A stretch of 64,000 nt of DNA. Origin: Tolypothrix carrinoi HA7290-LM1 (GTDB taxonomy: Bacteria > Cyanobacteriota > Cyanobacteriia > Cyanobacteriales > Nostocaceae). Below, one piece after another: positions 30,454-42,461 of the stretch; position 1 is the stretch's first letter; every line of letters starts with the position of its first letter. The stretch lies in assembly GCA_019358935.1 (NCBI GenBank), contig JAHHIK010000012.1, forward strand, positions 40,283-104,282, read 5' to 3'. The position numbers and the translations under genes were made by a program. A model generated the notes under the pieces. It was not told where the DNA came from, made no database searches, and saw only the letters and a list, made by a program, of their open reading frames with translations.

Positions 30454-30705
30454 TTTGACTCCAAGGCAATTAAGATATTGAAGCACTAAGACACAAAGAA
30501 TACACAAAAATATATCCCTTTTTTTACTTCCTGATGTCTTTAGTGGTAAACCACCTTTTCGCTCTTATTTCTGTTCACTATAAACAAATTTATTTTTGTA
30601 GTTAGGGCGCGAGTTTGTGCAGCAATCTTTTTTACACTTGGTTTCTTCTAAAATTGAGTTATTTACTGCTTAAAAAACAGGTAAAATTAACTTAGGAAAT
30701 TATTG

Positions 30706-30970
30706 ATGATACCTAGTTTCAGAAAATACCATCGCCAAGCAAGCGATCGCTCTTTGTATCCCCTTATTTCTCACCGTACTCAGCGGTATGGGTTTTACTA
30801 TTGCCCATGAATGGTTGCATCAAGATGAGTTAGGTGAATTTCTCCTCGGACTTCACACCTTGGAAATTTTACATCTAGAGAAAATTTATCCCCTCTTGAC
30901 TGGTTTGGGGTTAGTCGGCTTGTTAATTACTGGTGTCAGTATGACAGGTTTATTTCGCAAAAGAGCTTAA
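30706..30970 (+). pseudogene. Small PepSY-associated-TM-like membrane protein with a +1 frameshift
   Basis: MIPSFRKYHRQ in one frame continues as AIALCIPLFLTVLSGMG..H.L in the +1 frame at HIP1 30743. Confidence 0.65.
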
Positions 30971-30977
30971 GAATTAT

Positions 30978-31041
30978 CTCACGCTCCAGACGCTCCAGAC
31001 GCAAAGAAATACTCCGCGCCTCCGCGCCTGGAGCGTGAGAT
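30978..31041. repeat. Palindromic repeat, likely bidirectional terminator
   Basis: TCTCACGCTCCAG...CTGGAGCGTGAGA between convergent genes. Confidence 0.6.
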
Positions 31042-31044
31042 AAT

Positions 31045-32420
31045 CTAACTTAAACCCATCACCGTGCGATAATGCGCTTCAATTTGCGCGACGGTTTGCG
31101 ATTTGCGCGTTGTCTGCCACTGACTGTGGTTAAATAATTCTTGCCGCAAGTTATCAACATCAATAGTTTTTACTTTACCATTGGCGACGATTTGCTTGCC
31201 ATTCACCCAGACGCTATCTACAACGTTGGTGGGACGACCTAAAACTAATAAACCAATTGGATCTGTACGCGGCAGTAATGATAAACTGGTGAGGTCATAA
31301 AGTACTAAATCGGCTTTTTTCCCAACGCTGAGAGAACCGAGTTCATCTGCCATATTTAGTGCTTTTGCACCGCCATTAGAAGCCATTTCCACGGCTAGCC
31401 GGGGTGTAATCCAGTGTTTATAATCTGAGTTGGTGACGTTGTGCAATATTGAACCGATTTTGATCGCTTCTTTGTAAGTCTTGAGAATCATTACTTGATG
31501 CACCATCACAGCCAAAGGTGACGTTAACTCCAGCTTGACAATATTTTAATATGGGGGCGATGCCACTACCTAAACGCAAATTGCTTAAGGGGTTGTGAAC
31601 GACTGTAGATTTCGTTTCTGCAAGGATGGCAATGTCAGCTTCAGTTAAGTGAACGCAATGTGCTAGGGAAGTGCGATCGCTTAAATACCCAATTCGTTTA
31701 AGATGTTCAACAGCACTGCAACCATATTTTTCTTGAGCGAGTTTTTCTTGCGCTTTGGTTTCGAGTAAGTGCGAATGACGACAAAGGTCATATTTTTCGC
31801 TTAATTCAATACATCCGCTAAACAAAGCATCAGAACACAATTGTATCCCTGTTGGTGCTGTAGCAATATATATACCCTCATCTGGGCGATGAAATTGCTT
31901 TATCGCTTCAGAGATAATTTCCAATGTTGCCTGCGTTGAGCGAAAATAAGGCTCATGAGTCTGTTCTGATTCTCCGGATGGTATCCCCGCACTCAGAGAT
32001 TCATCTTGAATTAACGGTGCGACAAAAGCGCGGATTCCTACTTCTTTGTAAGCGCGAACCGCTGTGGCAATGGTTTCTAACTCTTTCCCCGGAATTAGTA
32101 CCAGATGATCTACTACAGTTGTACCACCCGAAAGTAAAGTTTCTACGGCTGTACCCAACGCGCTGAGATAAACCTTCTCAATATCCAGGGGTGCAAAGTC
32201 GTAAAGTTCCGCCAACCATAATTCCAGGGGAAAAACTGACATAATTAAGCGCTGCCACATTTCCCAAGAGTGAGTGTGGGCGTTGACGAAACCGGGAAGT
32301 AACAGTTTATTTTTACCATCAATTGCGGTAGCGATCGCATCACACCCAGTAGAGATTGCGGCAATGGTATTATCTACAACCTGCACATCTACGGTGTCGT
32401 AACCGTTTTCAACCCAAATT
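31045..32420 (-). pseudogene. Amidohydrolase (AtzA/TrzA/deaminase-like) with a +1 frameshift near 31473 and unclear start
   Basis: LLPGFVNAHTH, HSHLLE, LAHCVH, HNPLSNLRLGSG, GCDG; C-terminal G.L..GKKADLV in a second frame. Confidence 0.85.
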
Positions 32421-32530
32421 AAAATAAAATATTTATTATTGTATCCACAATATTTAACCTTAATTAAGTAATTTCACTTCAAGGCAAATTCAAGCTACAA
32501 AGTAAAAAATGATGTTGGGTGAAGGAATTT

Positions 32531-33298
32531 ATGAATTTGCCTTTTCGGACATTGGGAGTTGCACCAAATGCTTGGACGGTGAATCATGCGATCGCAGATA
32601 TCACTCGTCCTCCCGTAACCCCACAAAGAGTTATCTTAACAACAGAAACTAAAGAGGTGCGTCTTGACTTGGCAAAAGCCGCCATTCTCGTCATTGATAT
32701 GCAAAACGACTTTTGCCACCCCGATGGGTGGTTATCACATATCGGCGTAGATGTCAACCCTGCGCGTCAGCCCATCGAACCTTTGAAAAACTTACTTCCA
32801 GAACTTCGTTCCGCTGGAGTTCCCGTAATATGGGTAAATTGGGGCAATCGTCCCGATTTACTCAATATTAGCGCCGCATCGCTTCACGTTTACAACCCTA
32901 CAGGCGAAGGCGTGGGATTAGGCGATCCCCTACCTACTAACGGTGAATTAGTATTAATGGCAGGTAGTTGGGCGGCTGCGGTGGTCGATGAACTCGAACA
33001 ACTACCCGAAGATATTACCGTAGATAAATACCGCATGAGTGGTTTTTGGGATACTCCTTTAGATAGTATCCTGCGGAACCTGGGAAAGACGACACTGTTC
33101 TTTGCTGGTGTCAACGCTGACCAATGTGTAATGACCACGTTATGCGATGCCAACTTCTTAGGATATGACTGCGTGTTAGTCAAAGACTGCACTGCGACAA
33201 CTTCTCCTGAATATTGTTGGTTAGCGACGCTGTACAACGTCAAACAATGCTTCGGCTTTGTAACTGACTCTCAAGCGATTTTAAAAGTGTTGAAGTAG
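32531..33298 (+). CDS. Cysteine hydrolase (isochorismatase family)
   Basis: ILVIDMQNDF, VDKYRMSGF, GVNADQCV catalytic D-K-C triad. Confidence 0.92.
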   Translation: MNLPFRTLGVAPNAWTVNHAIADITRPPVTPQRVILTTETKEVRLDLAKAAILVIDMQNDFCHPDGWLSHIGVDVNPARQPIEPLKNLLPELRSAGVPVIWVNWGNRPDLLNISAASLHVYNPTGEGVGLGDPLPTNGELVLMAGSWAAAVVDELEQLPEDITVDKYRMSGFWDTPLDSILRNLGKTTLFFAGVNADQCVMTTLCDANFLGYDCVLVKDCTATTSPEYCWLATLYNVKQCFGFVTDSQAILKVLK

Positions 33299-33299
33299 A

Positions 33300-33465
33300 T
33301 AGTGGATAGTGGGGCATGGGGCATGGGGCATTGGGCATTGGGCATTGGTAATAATTCTTTTCCTTTCCCCTTTCCCCTTTCCCCCTCTTTAATTGCCCAA
33401 TGCCCATTGCCCATTGCCCATTGCCCATTGCCCATTAACAACTAACGACCAACAATTAACAACCA
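33300..33465. repeat. STRR heptamer tract
   Basis: GGGCATT/GCCCATT/TTTCCCC tandem units. Confidence 0.9.
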
Positions 33466-33492
33466 TCGACAACTTATGAGGAAATAAATCAA

Positions 33493-33948
33493 ATGCACGC
33501 TACTCGTTGTGTAATTCCTGTTGTCAAGTCTCCTAAAGATTACCAAACCTATCGCATTAGTCCCGATGCTACAAATCGGTTAGCAATCATCTTTGATTCG
33601 GCAACTGCTAACTCTTCCTTAACTTCTTGTATAGAAATTTTTGATGTCGGTGGCGAAACACCGCCCAATCGCCATCAATGGGCTTTAGAAATGTTTTTTG
33701 TCATCAAGGGAGAAGGTCTTGCTGTTTGTGACGGAAAGTCTGTAGAAATTAAAGCAGGAGATAGTTTGTTAGTGCCTCCTACAGGCACGCATCTAATTAA
33801 AAATACAGGTTCAAGTCGCTTGTATATGCTGACAATAATGGTTCCTAATGAATATTTTGCGGAATTAATTAGAAGTGGTATACCAGTAGAATTAGATGAG
33901 GAAGATATGACAGTACTTGGAAGATTAGATTCCTTAATGCCTAGTTGA
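33493..33948 (+). CDS. Cupin domain protein
   Basis: TPPNRH..EMFFVIKGEG..GD..VP...H.IKNTG. Confidence 0.9.
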   Translation: MHATRCVIPVVKSPKDYQTYRISPDATNRLAIIFDSATANSSLTSCIEIFDVGGETPPNRHQWALEMFFVIKGEGLAVCDGKSVEIKAGDSLLVPPTGTHLIKNTGSSRLYMLTIMVPNEYFAELIRSGIPVELDEEDMTVLGRLDSLMPS

Positions 33949-33967
33949 AAACGTAAAATATATACTA

Positions 33968-34167
33968 ATGGGCATGGGGCATTGGGCATGGGGCATGGGG
34001 AGTGGGGAGTGGGGAGTGGGGAGTGGGGAATGGGTAATGGGTAATGACTTTTCTCATTCCCAATTACCAATTCCCAATTCGCAATTACCAATTACCCCTT
34101 CGGGGTTCGCCAGGTGCTTCAAGTCGGCAGAGCCGCCCAACGCACTGGCTCACCAATTACCAATTAC
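33968..34167. repeat. STRR tract with an embedded 45-nt module (about 34096-34152)
   Basis: GGGGAGT/GGGTAAT/CCAATTA units interrupted by CGCCAG...CTGGCTCA. Confidence 0.85.
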
Positions 34168-37100
34168 CTACTTAGTTGTCAATTCCAGAATTTTTTCAAA
34201 TAAAAAGTTATTAGCTAAATCAGTTAAACAGTCTTTCAGTAAAACATTTTCTGGTGGAATTTGCTCAATCAAATCAAAAATTAGGTCATCGCTGCATTGA
34301 GCTGCGGCATTGTATACTTCTGCTAACCATTCTGGCGACATTTGAGATAACAAAGGCACTAAATCGCCAGATAATAATATTTCTTGTGTGGTTTTTTTGG
34401 TTTTTTCTGGGATTTCAGCGCTTTCTTCTTGATAAAGATATTCTAACCCCAGATATTGGCTAAGTTTTTCTAATAGTATTTCTTCCCGGAATGGCTTATT
34501 AATAAAATCATCACAACCGGCTTGCATTATTGCTGTTCGTTGTTCCTCAAAGACGTTAGCAGTTAAGGCAATGATTACAGTTGTGATTTGTCTGTAGTCT
34601 TCTTTAAATGACTCTCTTGCTTTAATAACTTTTGTGGCTTCATAGCCATCCATCACAGGCATCCGCATATCCATTAAGATTAAGTGTGGTTGCCAAGTTG
34701 ACCAAATAGCGATCGCTTCATTACCATTTGCAGCTTCTTTAACTGCAAAACCTATGTCTGTTAGTAGTTTAACTAGCAGCAAACGGCTTTCTCTGACATC
34801 ATCAACCACCAAAATGCGATATTCTCTTTGCTTAGGCGCCAAACCAATAACTCGGCGTTTAGTTTGAGTAATTTCAATTTCGCTTTCTGTTGCTAAACTA
34901 ACTTGAATATCAAAACTAAATGTACTTCCCGCACCAAAAGTACTGCTGACGCTAATATCTCCCCCCATTAATTGCACGTATTTACGGCTAATTGCTAAAC
35001 CTAGTCCTGTTCCCTGTTGCGATTTTTTCCCACTTTCAGTTTGCCCAAACGCAACAAAAAGCTGGTCGAGTTCTTCCGGGGAAATACCCACACCGGTGTC
35101 TTGTATCTCGAAGATTAGGGAGTGGGGAGTGGGGAGTGGGGAGAGGGGGGGATGGGGAGAGGGGGGAGATGAGGGAGATTGGGGAGATGAGGGGGATGGG
35201 GGAGCTGGGGAAGAAATTTCCCCTTGTCTCCTTGTCTCCTTGTCTCCAAGGAGTCCCCCTTGTCCTCCTTGTCCTCCTTGTCCCCCCTGTCCTCCTTGTC
35301 CCCCTTGTCCCCCACTCCCCCACTCCCCCTGTCCCCCTCTCCCCTCATCCCCCAGCAAGACGCGCAGTGTCACACTACCGGTATCGGTAAATTTGATGGC
35401 GTTTCCTAAAAGGTTGAGTAAAACTTGGCGCAGTTTGCTTTCGTCGGTTTGTATATATTGAGGAATGGTTACAGAATATTCAAATGTCAATTGTAAGCCT
35501 TTGTCAGCAGCGCGGAAGTGCAACATGTCTTGCAAGTTATCCAACAAGCGAATTAAGTCAAAGCTGCTGGGATTTAATGTTGTTCTACCAGCTTCAATTT
35601 TGGACATTTCCAGAATGTCGTTGATTAAATTAAGTAGATGTTCGCCAGCGCGATTGATGATTGTTAGGTTTTGCTGATTTTCGCTGGATAAGGAATTTTC
35701 TCGACTCATAACTTGAGTGAAGCCAAGAATGGCGTTAAGTGGGGTACGCAGTTCATGACTCATGTTGGCGAGAAATTCGCTTTTGGCGCGGTTAGCAGCA
35801 TCAGCAGCGATCGCAGCTTGTTGTAGTGCTTGTGACTGTTTTTGAGTTTGTGTCAGCAATTCTGCTTGCTGCAAAGCAACTCCCAACTGATTGCCGATTT
35901 GAACTGCAATGCTAATTTCTCCTGTTTTCCATTGTCGGGGAGTGTAATTTTCATAACTTGCCAGCAATCCCCACAGTTGATTACCACAGTAAATTGGCAC
36001 TGTAATGTAAGCTTTTGCTTGAAAGCGCTCTAAAAGTTGGACATAACATTCTTCAAATCCAGCTTTGTAAATGTCGGGAACACAAAGAAAACTTGCGCCA
36101 CGTTGGTACATACCGCCTTGAGTTTCTTGCAGATAACTATCCAAAACTTGGTTCTGGTTATCTTGACTATTTAACATTCTGACTACACAACGGTCGTCTT
36201 GTAAAGCACCATTCGTGAAGTTGGGATCGTTTTGATCTTCTTCTATCAGAGAAATCCAGTTATTGCTTACCGACTCGGCGACAAATTCGCCACTCCAGTT
36301 GTGATTAAAACGATAGACAACTACGCGATCGCAGTTGAGTACTTGCCGCAATTCTTGAGTTGTCGCGGCAAATATTGTCTCTATGTCCAATGTCTGGCGC
36401 ATCCTTTGAATTACGCGAGCGATGGTACGTTCTCTTTCTGCACTTTCATGCAAAGCTACTTCTGCTACTTTATGCTCAGTTATATCCGTTATTGTACCGA
36501 TAAAGCCTTTAATTTCTTTGTTATCGTCAAGTTCAGGTAATGCTTGACAAATGACCCAAATATCCGTGCCATCAGCACGTAAAAAGCGATGCTCGCATTG
36601 ATACAGAGTTTGATTTGCTGCGGCTTCATTCCAGACGGCAAAAACGCGATCGCGATCTTCTGGATGTAAAGCGGACATCCAACCTATCCCCAAAGCCTCT
36701 TCTTGTGAGTATCCAGTCATCTCTGTCCAACGTTTATTTATATACAAGCAATTCTTCTCAGCATCAGTATGAAATATGCAAACTGGTGAGGCTTCTGCTA
36801 AAGTTTGATAGCGGCGCTGGCTGGTAAGCAGCGCTAACTCTGCTTGCTTGCGAGCGGTAATTTCGACTACAACTGTACCCGCTCCAGACAAGTTCCCATT
36901 TTCCCCAGGAATCGGAAAGTAAGAAGCGAGGAAATGACGCTCAGTATCCGGTTGCTTGGTTGATGCAACGCTGACTTCTAAATTAAGAATCGGTTCACAA
37001 GTTTGCAACACCTGCTCGTAAAATGGTGCAACCAAGGGAGCGATAACGGCGGGTACGATCTCATAGATAGTTTTGCCAATATAATCAAGCTGGCGTCGTC

Positions 37101-40100
37101 CGTAAATTTCTGCCAACAGTTCGTTGATTTGCACAAACCGCAATTGATTATCTAAAATGCTCATCCCCACCGGCGCACAGCCAAAAAAGGCATTGAGACG
37201 CGCTTCTCTGAGGGCTAGTTCTCTTTCTAAAGTTTTGCGCTCAGTGATGTCTTTGTGCGTACCCGTGATTCGCAGCGGCTGACCTTTATTATCCCGTTCG
37301 CAAACCTGACCGCGAGACAGAATCCACTTCCACTTACCCATACCGGTACGCATCCGAAATTCTACTTCATAAACGGGAGTAGCACCTTGAAGATGGGCGT
37401 TTAAAGCTTGTTTAACTACGGGCAAATCTTCTGGATGTATTAATACCTCAAAAGCCGCTATATTATCTGCAATCTCGTGTTCTTTGTACGAAAGCATTTT
37501 TTTCCAATGCCAATCGCGATAAACTTTACCGGTGCTGAGATTCCAATCCCACAAGCCTAAATTGCTACCTTCTAAAGCTAGTTGTAAACGTTCTTTGCTT
37601 TGTTGGTGTTGTGCTTCTATGTGTTTTCGCACTATTAGCGCACCCAACTGGGCAGCTACTACACCAACTAATTCCAGCAAACGCTTATCTACAGGTAGCG
37701 AGCTGCGTTTAAAAAACACCAGAACTGCCAACACTTGATTATCAGATTGAATCGGAACGGCAAAACCGGCTTTGAATCCTACGCGGGTGGCGATTTGAGA
37801 GCGGAGAAAAGTTGGCGAACCAACCGCAGTTACATCTTCAATCCATTCTGGCTGTTTACTTAACCAAACTCGTCCTGGTAGTCCCACACCAGCAGCAAAT
37901 GTGATATTTTGGCTATGGCGGTTGAATTTTTCTAACATGCTTTGGTCTTCGCACCAAGCCAGTTTATGTTCTAAAACAGTACCATCTTCACTGGGTATCC
38001 ACGCCTCACCAAAATCCCAGTTAATTGTGTGACAAATTAAACGCGAAACTCGTTCTAAAGCACTGTTGACATTTTGGGCGCGGGTAATAGCTTGGGTTGT
38101 TAACAACAGCAAACGGCTTTCATTTTCCGCGTGCTTGCGCTCGGTAATGTCTTTAGATGTACCAAGCATGTACTGTTGTTGGTCAATCTCGATTAGTTCC
38201 GCACTAAACAGTACCGTCCTAACTTCCCCAGTTGCAATGCGGAAATCGATTTCATGATTGCGAATAACTTTCGTCTGTTGCAAAATTTGGGTGAGGAAAG
38301 CACATTCTTCAGTATTCACCCAAATATTCAATTCTTGCTTGATGCGACCGATAATTTCAGAGCGAGAACAACCAAAAAACTTACAGAAGCTGTCGTTAAC
38401 TTCGATATAACGTGTTTCGGGAAAAGTCGAGAGAGCAATTGGGTCAGGAGATGACCGAAAAGCTGATGCAAACTTTTCTTCAGAAGCGCGTCTTGCTGCT
38501 TCCGAGGATTTGCGCTGTGTAATATTGCTTGCTGTGCCTGTGATGCCGACAACTAAATCTGCTTCATTTTGCAAAGCGATCGCATTCACCATTAGATAAA
38601 TCAGGCTACCATCTTTAGCGATGCGCTTCGTCTCATATTGAAACACAGTTTCACCGCAGAGAACACGCGCAAATAATTCTCTATCTGCCGCAACTTGTTC
38701 TCTTGGTATAAAATCAAGCCAAGAACGCCCAATCATTTCTGCTGGTTCGTAGCCGAAAACTTTTCTCACAGCAGAGTTGACAAAAGTAATATACCCGTCG
38801 ATATCCGTTTTCCAAATTACATCTTGGGATGTTTCAACTAAGCGACGATATTTGCTTTCATTCGCTTTTAAGGCAGCTTCTGTTAAAAGACGTTCCCGAA
38901 TTTCTGCTTGTAGTTGGATATTTTGACTGTATAACTCGTCACGAGCTTTTTTCTCTTGTTCTAGTAGTGTAGCTTGGGCTAGGGCAATTCCCACATTGGC
39001 AGCGATAGACTCTAATAGTTCAATTTCTGCGGGTGTCCATTCTCGGTGGCGATCGCATTGATGTAAACCAATTACGCCATTAGCTTCACCTTTGTAAGAA
39101 GTGCGTACTGCCAGCAAAGACTTCATTTCCAGCTGTCGGCAAATATCTTGGACATTTTGCAACAGTGGATCGGCAAAGACATCATAGGAGGCGATCGCTT
39201 CATCTTGCAATAATATTTGTTGCAAATGAAGATTGCCCGCAACGGGTATTTCAAAATTCATCAACGAAGCATAGCCAGGAGATAAAAATTCGCCCAAAAT
39301 GGGAATTTTTGGATTTGGCAAGCTGACGTAAGTATGAATAAGTACGCGATTCACATCAAGCGTCTCACCTATTTGCCTAGCAGCTGTCTCTAATATCTTT
39401 TTGGGATCTAATTCCGAACGAATTTTATCTGTAATTTGTCTGAGTAAGTGACTGCGGTTAAGTTGTTGTTGCAGCGCATCCTCAGCAAGTTTGCAATAAC
39501 TAATGTCTGTTATTGAGCCAGTTATTCGCATCGGCTTTCCGGCTTCATCCCATAGTGCCTCTCCTCGCGATAGAATCCATTTATAACTATTATCTTTACA
39601 GCGTATTCGGTACTGAGCAATGTATTGGGTACTTTGGCGATTTAGGTAAGCCATTAAAGCACTCATCATCCGCTCCAAATCGTCAGGATGAATCAACTTC
39701 ACCCATTGATCAAAATCATTCAATTCATCCTCAAGATATCCCAGTATCTCTCTACAGCGGGCAGAGAAGAAATATTTATTAGTTCTCAGGTCGCGATCCC
39801 AAACGCCATCATTATTACCTTTGAGAGCTAATTGCCAACGTTCTTCGCATTTTGTCAAAGCTTTTTCTGCATCTTTGCGGCTAGTAATATCCATTACAGA
39901 AGTCACGACAAAAAATTTGCCGTCATCTTTGGGAAAAATTCCCCGCGTCATATTTACAGTTAACCGCGAATTATCTTTTCGTATAATAGTAACTTCTTGA
40001 TTTTGAGACTGTGAGCCATTGCGGATAAAATCTTGATATTCTTGAATTAAATCTGCTTTTTCTGCCTCTGTTAAACTTGGATAATGCAAAGTAAACAATT

Positions 40101-40680
40101 GAGCAATTATTTCTTCTCTAGTAAACTGATAAAGTTGACAATACGCTGGATTGACATCGACAACATATCCATCTTCATCCGTCAGACAAATTCCGACTTG
40201 GGCAAAATTTAAAATAAATTCTATTTGTGTATTACGATTTTTTAACTCAACCGCAACTTGTTCTAGTTGAGAATTCTGCTTTTGTAACTGTTTTTGCAGC
40301 CTTTGGATCGTCAGTTGATTTTCTACTCTGGCAAAAACTTCTTCAACTTGAAATGGTTTGGTGATGTAGTCTACAGCACCCATTTTAAATGCTTTCACCT
40401 TGTCAAAAACATCTTCCCCGTTGCTGAGAAAAATTACGGGAATATCGCGAGTTATTTCATCAGCCTTCAGTTGTTGGCAAACTGTATAGCCATCAACTGA
40501 AGGCATTTTGATATCCAACAAAATTAAATCGGGTGGAGCCAATTGCGCCACCATTAGAGCTAAGATAGCTATATTTACACCCCGAATTGTGTATCCGCGT
40601 TGGGACAGAGTAGCAGATAAAATTTGCAGATTATCCTGCGAATCATCAACTATTAAAATACTGCCTTGATTTGCGTGCAT
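34168..40680 (-). CDS. Large hybrid sensor histidine kinase (REC, multiple PAS/GAF, HisKA-HATPase, REC)
   Basis: N-terminal ILIVDD/DLILLD receiver; PAS/PAC and three GAF domains; [14 protein letters not shown]-terminal receiver. Start placed at MHANQ because the upstream extension is STRR. The last GAF has the DxY..ETQGG..CVPDIY..C pattern seen in cyanobacteriochrome GAFs. Confidence 0.93.
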   Translation of the reverse strand: MHANQGSILIVDDSQDNLQILSATLSQRGYTIRGVNIAILALMVAQLAPPDLILLDIKMPSVDGYTVCQQLKADEITRDIPVIFLSNGEDVFDKVKAFKMGAVDYITKPFQVEEVFARVENQLTIQRLQKQLQKQNSQLEQVAVELKNRNTQIEFILNFAQVGICLTDEDGYVVDVNPAYCQLYQFTREEIIAQLFTLHYPSLTEAEKADLIQEYQDFIRNGSQSQNQEVTIIRKDNSRLTVNMTRGIFPKDDGKFFVVTSVMDITSRKDAEKALTKCEERWQLALKGNNDGVWDRDLRTNKYFFSARCREILGYLEDELNDFDQWVKLIHPDDLERMMSALMAYLNRQSTQYIAQYRIRCKDNSYKWILSRGEALWDEAGKPMRITGSITDISYCKLAEDALQQQLNRSHLLRQITDKIRSELDPKKILETAARQIGETLDVNRVLIHTYVSLPNPKIPILGEFLSPGYASLMNFEIPVAGNLHLQQILLQDEAIASYDVFADPLLQNVQDICRQLEMKSLLAVRTSYKGEANGVIGLHQCDRHREWTPAEIELLESIAANVGIALAQATLLEQEKKARDELYSQNIQLQAEIRERLLTEAALKANESKYRRLVETSQDVIWKTDIDGYITFVNSAVRKVFGYEPAEMIGRSWLDFIPREQVAADRELFARVLCGETVFQYETKRIAKDGSLIYLMVNAIALQNEADLVVGITGTASNITQRKSSEAARRASEEKFASAFRSSPDPIALSTFPETRYIEVNDSFCKFFGCSRSEIIGRIKQELNIWVNTEECAFLTQILQQTKVIRNHEIDFRIATGEVRTVLFSAELIEIDQQQYMLGTSKDITERKHAENESRLLLLTTQAITRAQNVNSALERVSRLICHTINWDFGEAWIPSEDGTVLEHKLAWCEDQSMLEKFNRHSQNITFAAGVGLPGRVWLSKQPEWIEDVTAVGSPTFLRSQIATRVGFKAGFAVPIQSDNQVLAVLVFFKRSSLPVDKRLLELVGVVAAQLGALIVRKHIEAQHQQSKERLQLALEGSNLGLWDWNLSTGKVYRDWHWKKMLSYKEHEIADNIAAFEVLIHPEDLPVVKQALNAHLQGATPVYEVEFRMRTGMGKWKWILSRGQVCERDNKGQPLRITGTHKDITERKTLERELALREARLNAFFGCAPVGMSILDNQLRFVQINELLAEIYGRRQLDYIGKTIYEIVPAVIAPLVAPFYEQVLQTCEPILNLEVSVASTKQPDTERHFLASYFPIPGENGNLSGAGTVVVEITARKQAELALLTSQRRYQTLAEASPVCIFHTDAEKNCLYINKRWTEMTGYSQEEALGIGWMSALHPEDRDRVFAVWNEAAANQTLYQCEHRFLRADGTDIWVICQALPELDDNKEIKGFIGTITDITEHKVAEVALHESAERERTIARVIQRMRQTLDIETIFAATTQELRQVLNCDRVVVYRFNHNWSGEFVAESVSNNWISLIEEDQNDPNFTNGALQDDRCVVRMLNSQDNQNQVLDSYLQETQGGMYQRGASFLCVPDIYKAGFEECYVQLLERFQAKAYITVPIYCGNQLWGLLASYENYTPRQWKTGEISIAVQIGNQLGVALQQAELLTQTQKQSQALQQAAIAADAANRAKSEFLANMSHELRTPLNAILGFTQVMSRENSLSSENQQNLTIINRAGEHLLNLINDILEMSKIEAGRTTLNPSSFDLIRLLDNLQDMLHFRAADKGLQLTFEYSVTIPQYIQTDESKLRQVLLNLLGNAIKFTDTGSVTLRVLLGDEGRGGQGEWGSGGQGGQGGQGGQGGQGGQGGLLGDKETRRQGEISSPAPPSPSSPQSPSSPPSPHPPLSPLPTPHSLIFEIQDTGVGISPEELDQLFVAFGQTESGKKSQQGTGLGLAISRKYVQLMGGDISVSSTFGAGSTFSFDIQVSLATESEIEITQTKRRVIGLAPKQREYRILVVDDVRESRLLLVKLLTDIGFAVKEAANGNEAIAIWSTWQPHLILMDMRMPVMDGYEATKVIKARESFKEDYRQITTVIIALTANVFEEQRTAIMQAGCDDFINKPFREEILLEKLSQYLGLEYLYQEESAEIPEKTKKTTQEILLSGDLVPLLSQMSPEWLAEVYNAAAQCSDDLIFDLIEQIPPENVLLKDCLTDLANNFLFEKILELTTK

Positions 40681-40898
40681 TGGGAATTGGGAATTGGGAA
40701 TAGGGAATTGGGAATTGGGCAATGGGCAATGGGCAATGGGCAATGGGCAATGGGTAATTGAAGAGGGGAAATGCCCCATGCCCCATGCCCATTGCCCCAT
40801 TACTTAGTACATAGTACCCACTCCCTACTCCCTACTCCCTACTCCCTACTACGCCACTTGCGCGTCTGCCGGGGAACCCGTCCAACGCAGTGGCTCCC
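40681..40898. repeat. STRR tract with an embedded 45-nt module (40851-40896)
   Basis: GGGAATT/GGGCAAT/CCCTACT units. Confidence 0.85.
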
Positions 40899-42176
40899 CT
40901 ACTCCCCAGTTTCTTGCAACACAGTCTCTATCGCCCGCTGTTTTTGCGGATCTGCTCCTTGAGCGTATTCTAAGGAGAAAGGAACGCTGATATCTGGGGT
41001 GACACCCTTACCCTCTAACCTTTGATCGTTATTGAGAAATACATTTGTGACTGCTACATAAAGCAGGCTATTATCTTTCATTAAAAACGGACTACCAGCA
41101 ACTACAGCACCGATTGTTTTGGAGCCAATTACTTGTCCGATGCGGTGTTGTTGAAAAGCAAACGCGAGAATTTCCTTACTGCTGCGGCTACCTTCATTGA
41201 CCAACATCACCGCAGGCTTTTTCCATTGATAATTATAGGTATATTGTTTGCCATTGCGTCGAATATTCGTGACGCTTGGTCCTGGTTTTGCGGTAAATAT
41301 GTTGAGATAATCTAAATCTCCTCCACCCCAACCGTCTCTAAGATCCAAAATTAATGCGTCTGCGCTTGACAGACGACCATAAATTAGGTCATCTTGCAAC
41401 TGTTGCTGATGCGGATCGGCTGCATTTGACCAAATATGAACATAGCCAATTTTCTTGCCTTGTTGTTCAATTATTTGAGTGCTGGCTTGTTGAGCATCAA
41501 AAAAGATTTTAGTTGTATCGAACATCTTTGGGGCGATCGCTATTTCTTGCCGACTATTTACATCCGATGTTCTCTGAATCAACAATTTAACTTGTTGACC
41601 CGCTTTACCCGCAAAAGATTGTATTGCTTGATACGGCTTACCATCTACACTCAGTATTTCATCGCCCACCTTCAAGCCGGAAGACGCAGCCGGACTTTTA
41701 TCTAGAATCGCTTTGACAAAAATCTTGCCGTTCATCTCTTTGGTAAACGCGCCAATACCACTGTATTCAATTTTGCCTTTGGGGAAAATCTTTCTTAATT
41801 CTTTCTGTAAATCTCTACTTCTCGGATAAAAAATCCCTAAAAGCTGGTAATATTCGGGTTCATTTGCAGTGTAAAAGCGAGTGTGCGAAGTCCGCAATTG
41901 AGAAAGCATCTGATTGATGATGACAGCAGCTTCTTCAGTTGACTTGGTTCGCGCTATTTGAGGTTTATACTGTTCTCGGATGGCTTTCCAGTCTACTCCG
42001 TTAAATTTGGGGTCAAAAAAGTTGTCGTTTACTGTTTGCCAAACTTGCTCAAAAACTTGAACCTCTGGTTTTGCCAAAGTCGGTAATAGCGGCGCCAACC
42101 ACAGCAAAAGCAATACAGAGAAGCTAAAAAGGATTATTATAGCTAGACGGTTTAAGCGAGATGGAAAGTTTTTCAT
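40899..42176 (-). CDS. S41 family C-terminal processing peptidase with PDZ domain
   Basis: Signal peptide; SHTRF; SPAA.SGLKVGDEI PDZ; ILDLRD..GG; S.SSKE; LEGKGVTPD. Confidence 0.9.
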   Translation of the reverse strand: MKNFPSRLNRLAIIILFSFSVLLLLWLAPLLPTLAKPEVQVFEQVWQTVNDNFFDPKFNGVDWKAIREQYKPQIARTKSTEEAAVIINQMLSQLRTSHTRFYTANEPEYYQLLGIFYPRSRDLQKELRKIFPKGKIEYSGIGAFTKEMNGKIFVKAILDKSPAASSGLKVGDEILSVDGKPYQAIQSFAGKAGQQVKLLIQRTSDVNSRQEIAIAPKMFDTTKIFFDAQQASTQIIEQQGKKIGYVHIWSNAADPHQQQLQDDLIYGRLSSADALILDLRDGWGGGDLDYLNIFTAKPGPSVTNIRRNGKQYTYNYQWKKPAVMLVNEGSRSSKEILAFAFQQHRIGQVIGSKTIGAVVAGSPFLMKDNSLLYVAVTNVFLNNDQRLEGKGVTPDISVPFSLEYAQGADPQKQRAIETVLQETGE

Positions 42177-42317
42177 CTTAATTTTTATTTCATCAGCGAT
42201 GTCTAACGACAAGCCGTTAAGCGGCTACGCACAACCACTGATGAAAAAGCTTTGGTATTAGTTCCACTTCAAGTGAGCACAAAGAGCGCTTTTCAAGTCT
42301 ATGAATCACAGTTGTGA

Positions 42318-42412
42318 CCTCTCTAAACCTCTCTCCAAACCTCTCTCCTGCAAGGAGAGAGGCTTTGATTTCCCCCCTTCCCTGGTAGGGAAGGGGGGTA
42401 GGGGGGTTAGGT
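42318..42412. repeat. REP/BIME-like double-hairpin repeat (related copy at 45769-45847)
   Basis: CCTCTCTCCT-GCA-AGGAGAGAGG and CCCCCTTCCCT-GGT-AGGGAAGGGGG hairpins. Confidence 0.75.
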
Positions 42413-42461
42413 CTGCGCGTAGTCTAATCAACTGAAAATTGCTGTAAGTCCTCACTACAGT

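Noticed and set aside
40681..40800. N-terminal 40 aa of the 2210-aa kinase ORF (likewise 59680-59856 of DUF3110)
   Set aside because: STRR-derived extensions upstream of more plausible ATG starts
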